Positions 62,212 to 64,000 of a stretch of DNA of 64,000 bases are shown piece by piece. This DNA is from Candidatus Pacearchaeota archaeon (GTDB taxonomy: Archaea; Nanobdellota; Nanobdellia; Pacearchaeales; GW2011-AR1): positions 136-64,135 of the forward strand of contig JAAOYK010000016.1 of the NCBI GenBank assembly GCA_018221305.1. Reading direction: 5' to 3'. The notes under the pieces are model-generated. The model saw only the letters and a program-made list of their open reading frames with translations. It was not told the origin of the DNA and did no database searches. Position numbers and translations under genes: made by a program. Positions within the stretch are counted from its first letter, which is position 1, and each line of letters opens with the position of its first letter.

Positions 62212-62778
62212 CTAATCAAGAATACTGCCAAGACCTTTTATTAAAGCTTTACCATGATTCAGACTTTTAATAAATTCTGGAATCTTTTCCTTAGCATATA
62301 CAGAATCTATGCCATAGTTTAAAACCATTGTATAAAATGTTCGAGTAGGTTTTGGAAACTCAGTAAGAGTTTCTACATGCCCAGAACAATTCAAGACATG
62401 GATTGGATTTTGAAGATAAAGATATTTTCCTTTATCTTCTTCGTTTTTTGGTCGACTTGGCAAGATGCATAAATGCGTCATGCCCCATACATATGCAGGA
62501 TGATCAAAAAATCCAAAATGACCCTTAGGGGCTTGAGGAGTGTCAAGATAAACACTTAAAGTATTTTCTAAATCAGTGTTACCAAATGAAGCAAATTTCC
62601 CAAGAATTAAAGGATTAGCATACCCCTTATCAGGGCCTACAAATAATATATTATCTTTTGGTTCTAAATTCATGCTTCTAAGCTCTTCAATTATTTGTCG
62701 TGGTTTCATTTTGTATTCTAATTTAAGATTATAATGAAGTTTTCTTATCAGGCCAGTATGAGTGTGCAAAGCCGCCAT
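62212..62778 (-). CDS. Hypothetical protein (start uncertain: 62778 or 62709)
   Basis: 188-aa ORF overlapping the upstream ORF by 50 nt (21 nt if MKPRQ is the start). Confidence 0.4.
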   Translation of the reverse strand: MAALHTHTGLIRKLHYNLKLEYKMKPRQIIEELRSMNLEPKDNILFVGPDKGYANPLILGKFASFGNTDLENTLSVYLDTPQAPKGHFGFFDHPAYVWGMTHLCILPSRPKNEEDKGKYLYLQNPIHVLNCSGHVETLTEFPKPTRTFYTMVLNYGIDSVYAKEKIPEFIKSLNHGKALIKGLGSILD

Positions 62779-63058
62779 AAAAAGTTCTAGGGTTTGGATT
62801 TCCGTTTAAAGAATTTGCCATTTTAAGAAATTTAAAATCTTCATCCTCTGGACTGAATGAACTAACACGTTTTCCAAGCATTATCTCCATTGAAGAGAAT
62901 CCATCAGATTCATGCTCCATTACAAGGGCAGCGTCAAGTCGTTGACCACGAGTAGGATTTTCTAAATCAATGTCTAAATCATAAGTTTCTTTTGCACGTC
63001 GTAACAATCCTAGAACATAACCATCTACTGGCTGTACAACATCTAAATTTTCGGTCAT
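62729..63058 (-). CDS. Hypothetical protein
   Basis: 109-aa ORF downstream of conserved upstream module copy 1. Confidence 0.4.
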   Translation of the reverse strand: MTENLDVVQPVDGYVLGLLRRAKETYDLDIDLENPTRGQRLDAALVMEHESDGFSSMEIMLGKRVSSFSPEDEDFKFLKMANSLNGNPNPRTFYGGFAHSYWPDKKTSL

Positions 63059-63088
63059 TTTTGTTTATATTTTCATTTTTTTTATTGT

Positions 63089-63152
63089 TTATCAAGAACT
63101 CTTTTTCCTATACTTAAAGGCTAAAATAACTAAATATTTGAAGTTTTTAAGG
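63089..63152 (-). repeat. Conserved about 65-nt upstream (promoter / 5' leader) module, copy 1
   Basis: About 85-90% identical by eye to 63511-63575. Contains the reverse complement of AAAGAGTTCTTGAT at 63091-63104. Confidence 0.7.
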
Positions 63153-63185
63153 ATTTTTGTTGTGAATAACTAATTTGTTTTTGTA

Positions 63186-63503
63186 TCATCCCCTTGCATA
63201 ATCATATATTCTTTCATCTTCTCCATAAAGTTTCATACGCTGAACTGCCCACACTATCTTTTTAGCATTTTGTGTCATTTTTTTTAAGCGCCTATTTCGC
63301 ATTTCTTCAGATAACGATTTATACTTTTTTGGTGAAGGCGCATTTAATACAGATTTACAAAAATAATAACCGGCCTGGTCAGCAAATGTTAAAGCACTTT
63401 GATCTTTTTCATAGATTCCTGCAATAACTACCTTACTAGAATATTCAGGGAAAAATTTGTGGAAAAATTTTGCATATAGCATTTGTGCAAGATTTTGTTT
63501 CAT
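63186..63503 (-). CDS. Hypothetical protein
   Basis: 105-aa ORF. The motif ends 9 nt upstream of its ATG. Confidence 0.4.
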   Translation of the reverse strand: MKQNLAQMLYAKFFHKFFPEYSSKVVIAGIYEKDQSALTFADQAGYYFCKSVLNAPSPKKYKSLSEEMRNRRLKKMTQNAKKIVWAVQRMKLYGEDERIYDYARG

Positions 63504-63510
63504 TTTGATC

Positions 63511-63575
63511 TTATCAAGAACTCTTTTTCCCAGATTTAAGGGACAAAATAACTAAATGTTTTGAAGTTTTTAAGG
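63511..63575 (-). repeat. Conserved about 65-nt upstream module, copy 2
   Basis: See 63089-63152. The motif lies at 63513-63526. Confidence 0.7.
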
Positions 63576-63588
63576 TTTTATATAATTA

Positions 63589-63903
63589 CTATTTATCTTT
63601 TGTTGATATTGCTGTAAAATCAATTCCGCCGAGGAATTTATCATAAGTTCTTTTTAAAAGTTGTACTTCATGACCCTTGTCATCAGTAAAAATTCCTTTT
63701 TCTTGATCTATTAATTTGAATCCACTCTTACCATAAAATCTCTGAATCTGCTCGTTTACATCTTCTTGACGTTTATCATGAACACCCCATACACTAAAAG
63801 TCCAAAGAGGTGAAAAAATGTCGCCACGTTCATTACTGACACTGGTCCCGCCAAACTCCCTTCTAAGATATTCTGCTAAATCATAATCCTTTTTACTTTT
63901 CAT
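63589..63903 (-). CDS. Hypothetical protein
   Basis: 104-aa ORF. No motif recognised. Confidence 0.4.
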   Translation of the reverse strand: MKSKKDYDLAEYLRREFGGTSVSNERGDIFSPLWTFSVWGVHDKRQEDVNEQIQRFYGKSGFKLIDQEKGIFTDDKGHEVQLLKRTYDKFLGGIDFTAISTKDK

Positions 63904-64000
63904 AGATAATAATAGCTATTAAACTATAAAAATTTTCTGAATTCTAAAAAGCGCTTCCAAAACATATTAAAAGCCTTAATTATTTCAATAAACATGGCAC

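Noticed and set aside
63089-63575. Repeated about 65-nt units as a CRISPR-like array
   Set aside because: There are only two copies, they are imperfect, and they are separated by a protein-coding gene. No short regular spacers and no cas genes are present.
1-64000. Alternative genetic code (UGA recoding, as in some CPR bacteria)
   Set aside because: TGA terminates several conserved genes at the expected length (arsR-like, DUF1858, cupredoxin, pfk), and all long ORFs are intact under the standard code.

Overview
AT-rich (about one-third G+C by eye), very gene-dense window using the standard genetic code; TGA is a genuine stop at several conserved gene ends. The gene content suggests a small-genome archaeon, possibly DPANN-like. 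This rests on several TrmB-type wHTH regulators, TATA-like promoter boxes, a tRNA without encoded CCA, a family-B polymerase-like gene and giant Cys-rich surface proteins. A CPR-type bacterium cannot be excluded, because nrdR, fabD, mgsA, thyA/folA and strong Shine-Dalgarno sites are also present. Main blocks: (1) 0-8.9 kb, housekeeping and envelope genes (lipid kinase, CYTH, HtpX, LemA, TrmB). (2) 8.9-16.5 kb, a redox / Fe-S island (ferredoxin, ArsR, cysteine desulfurase, IscU, hemerythrin, glutaredoxin, cupredoxin, TrxR, peroxiredoxin) containing two copies of one promoter-operator module. (3) 16.5-28.3 kb, three tandem giant secreted proteins (770, 1377 and about 1759 aa) with shared N- and C-terminal cassettes. 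(4) 28.3-34.9 kb, an ATP-cone/nuclease fusion and a copper / thiol-disulfide island ending in CopA. (5) 35-42 kb, fabD, mgsA, a very divergent PolB-like gene, and a PFK gene bracketed by a relic copy of the polB-like 3' end. (6) 42.3-49.4 kb, a dNTP-synthesis cluster (nrdR with NrdR boxes, class II RNR, thioredoxin, ThyA-like paralog, folA, thyA). (7) tRNA-Lys(UUU), whose last 20 nt recur 1.16 kb downstream and bracket a single gene. (8) 50.8-64 kb, an accessory block with many ORFans and duplicated upstream modules. I saw no rRNA, CRISPR array, transposase, integrase or reverse transcriptase. All calls come from reading the sequence and ORF translations by eye; no searches were run.
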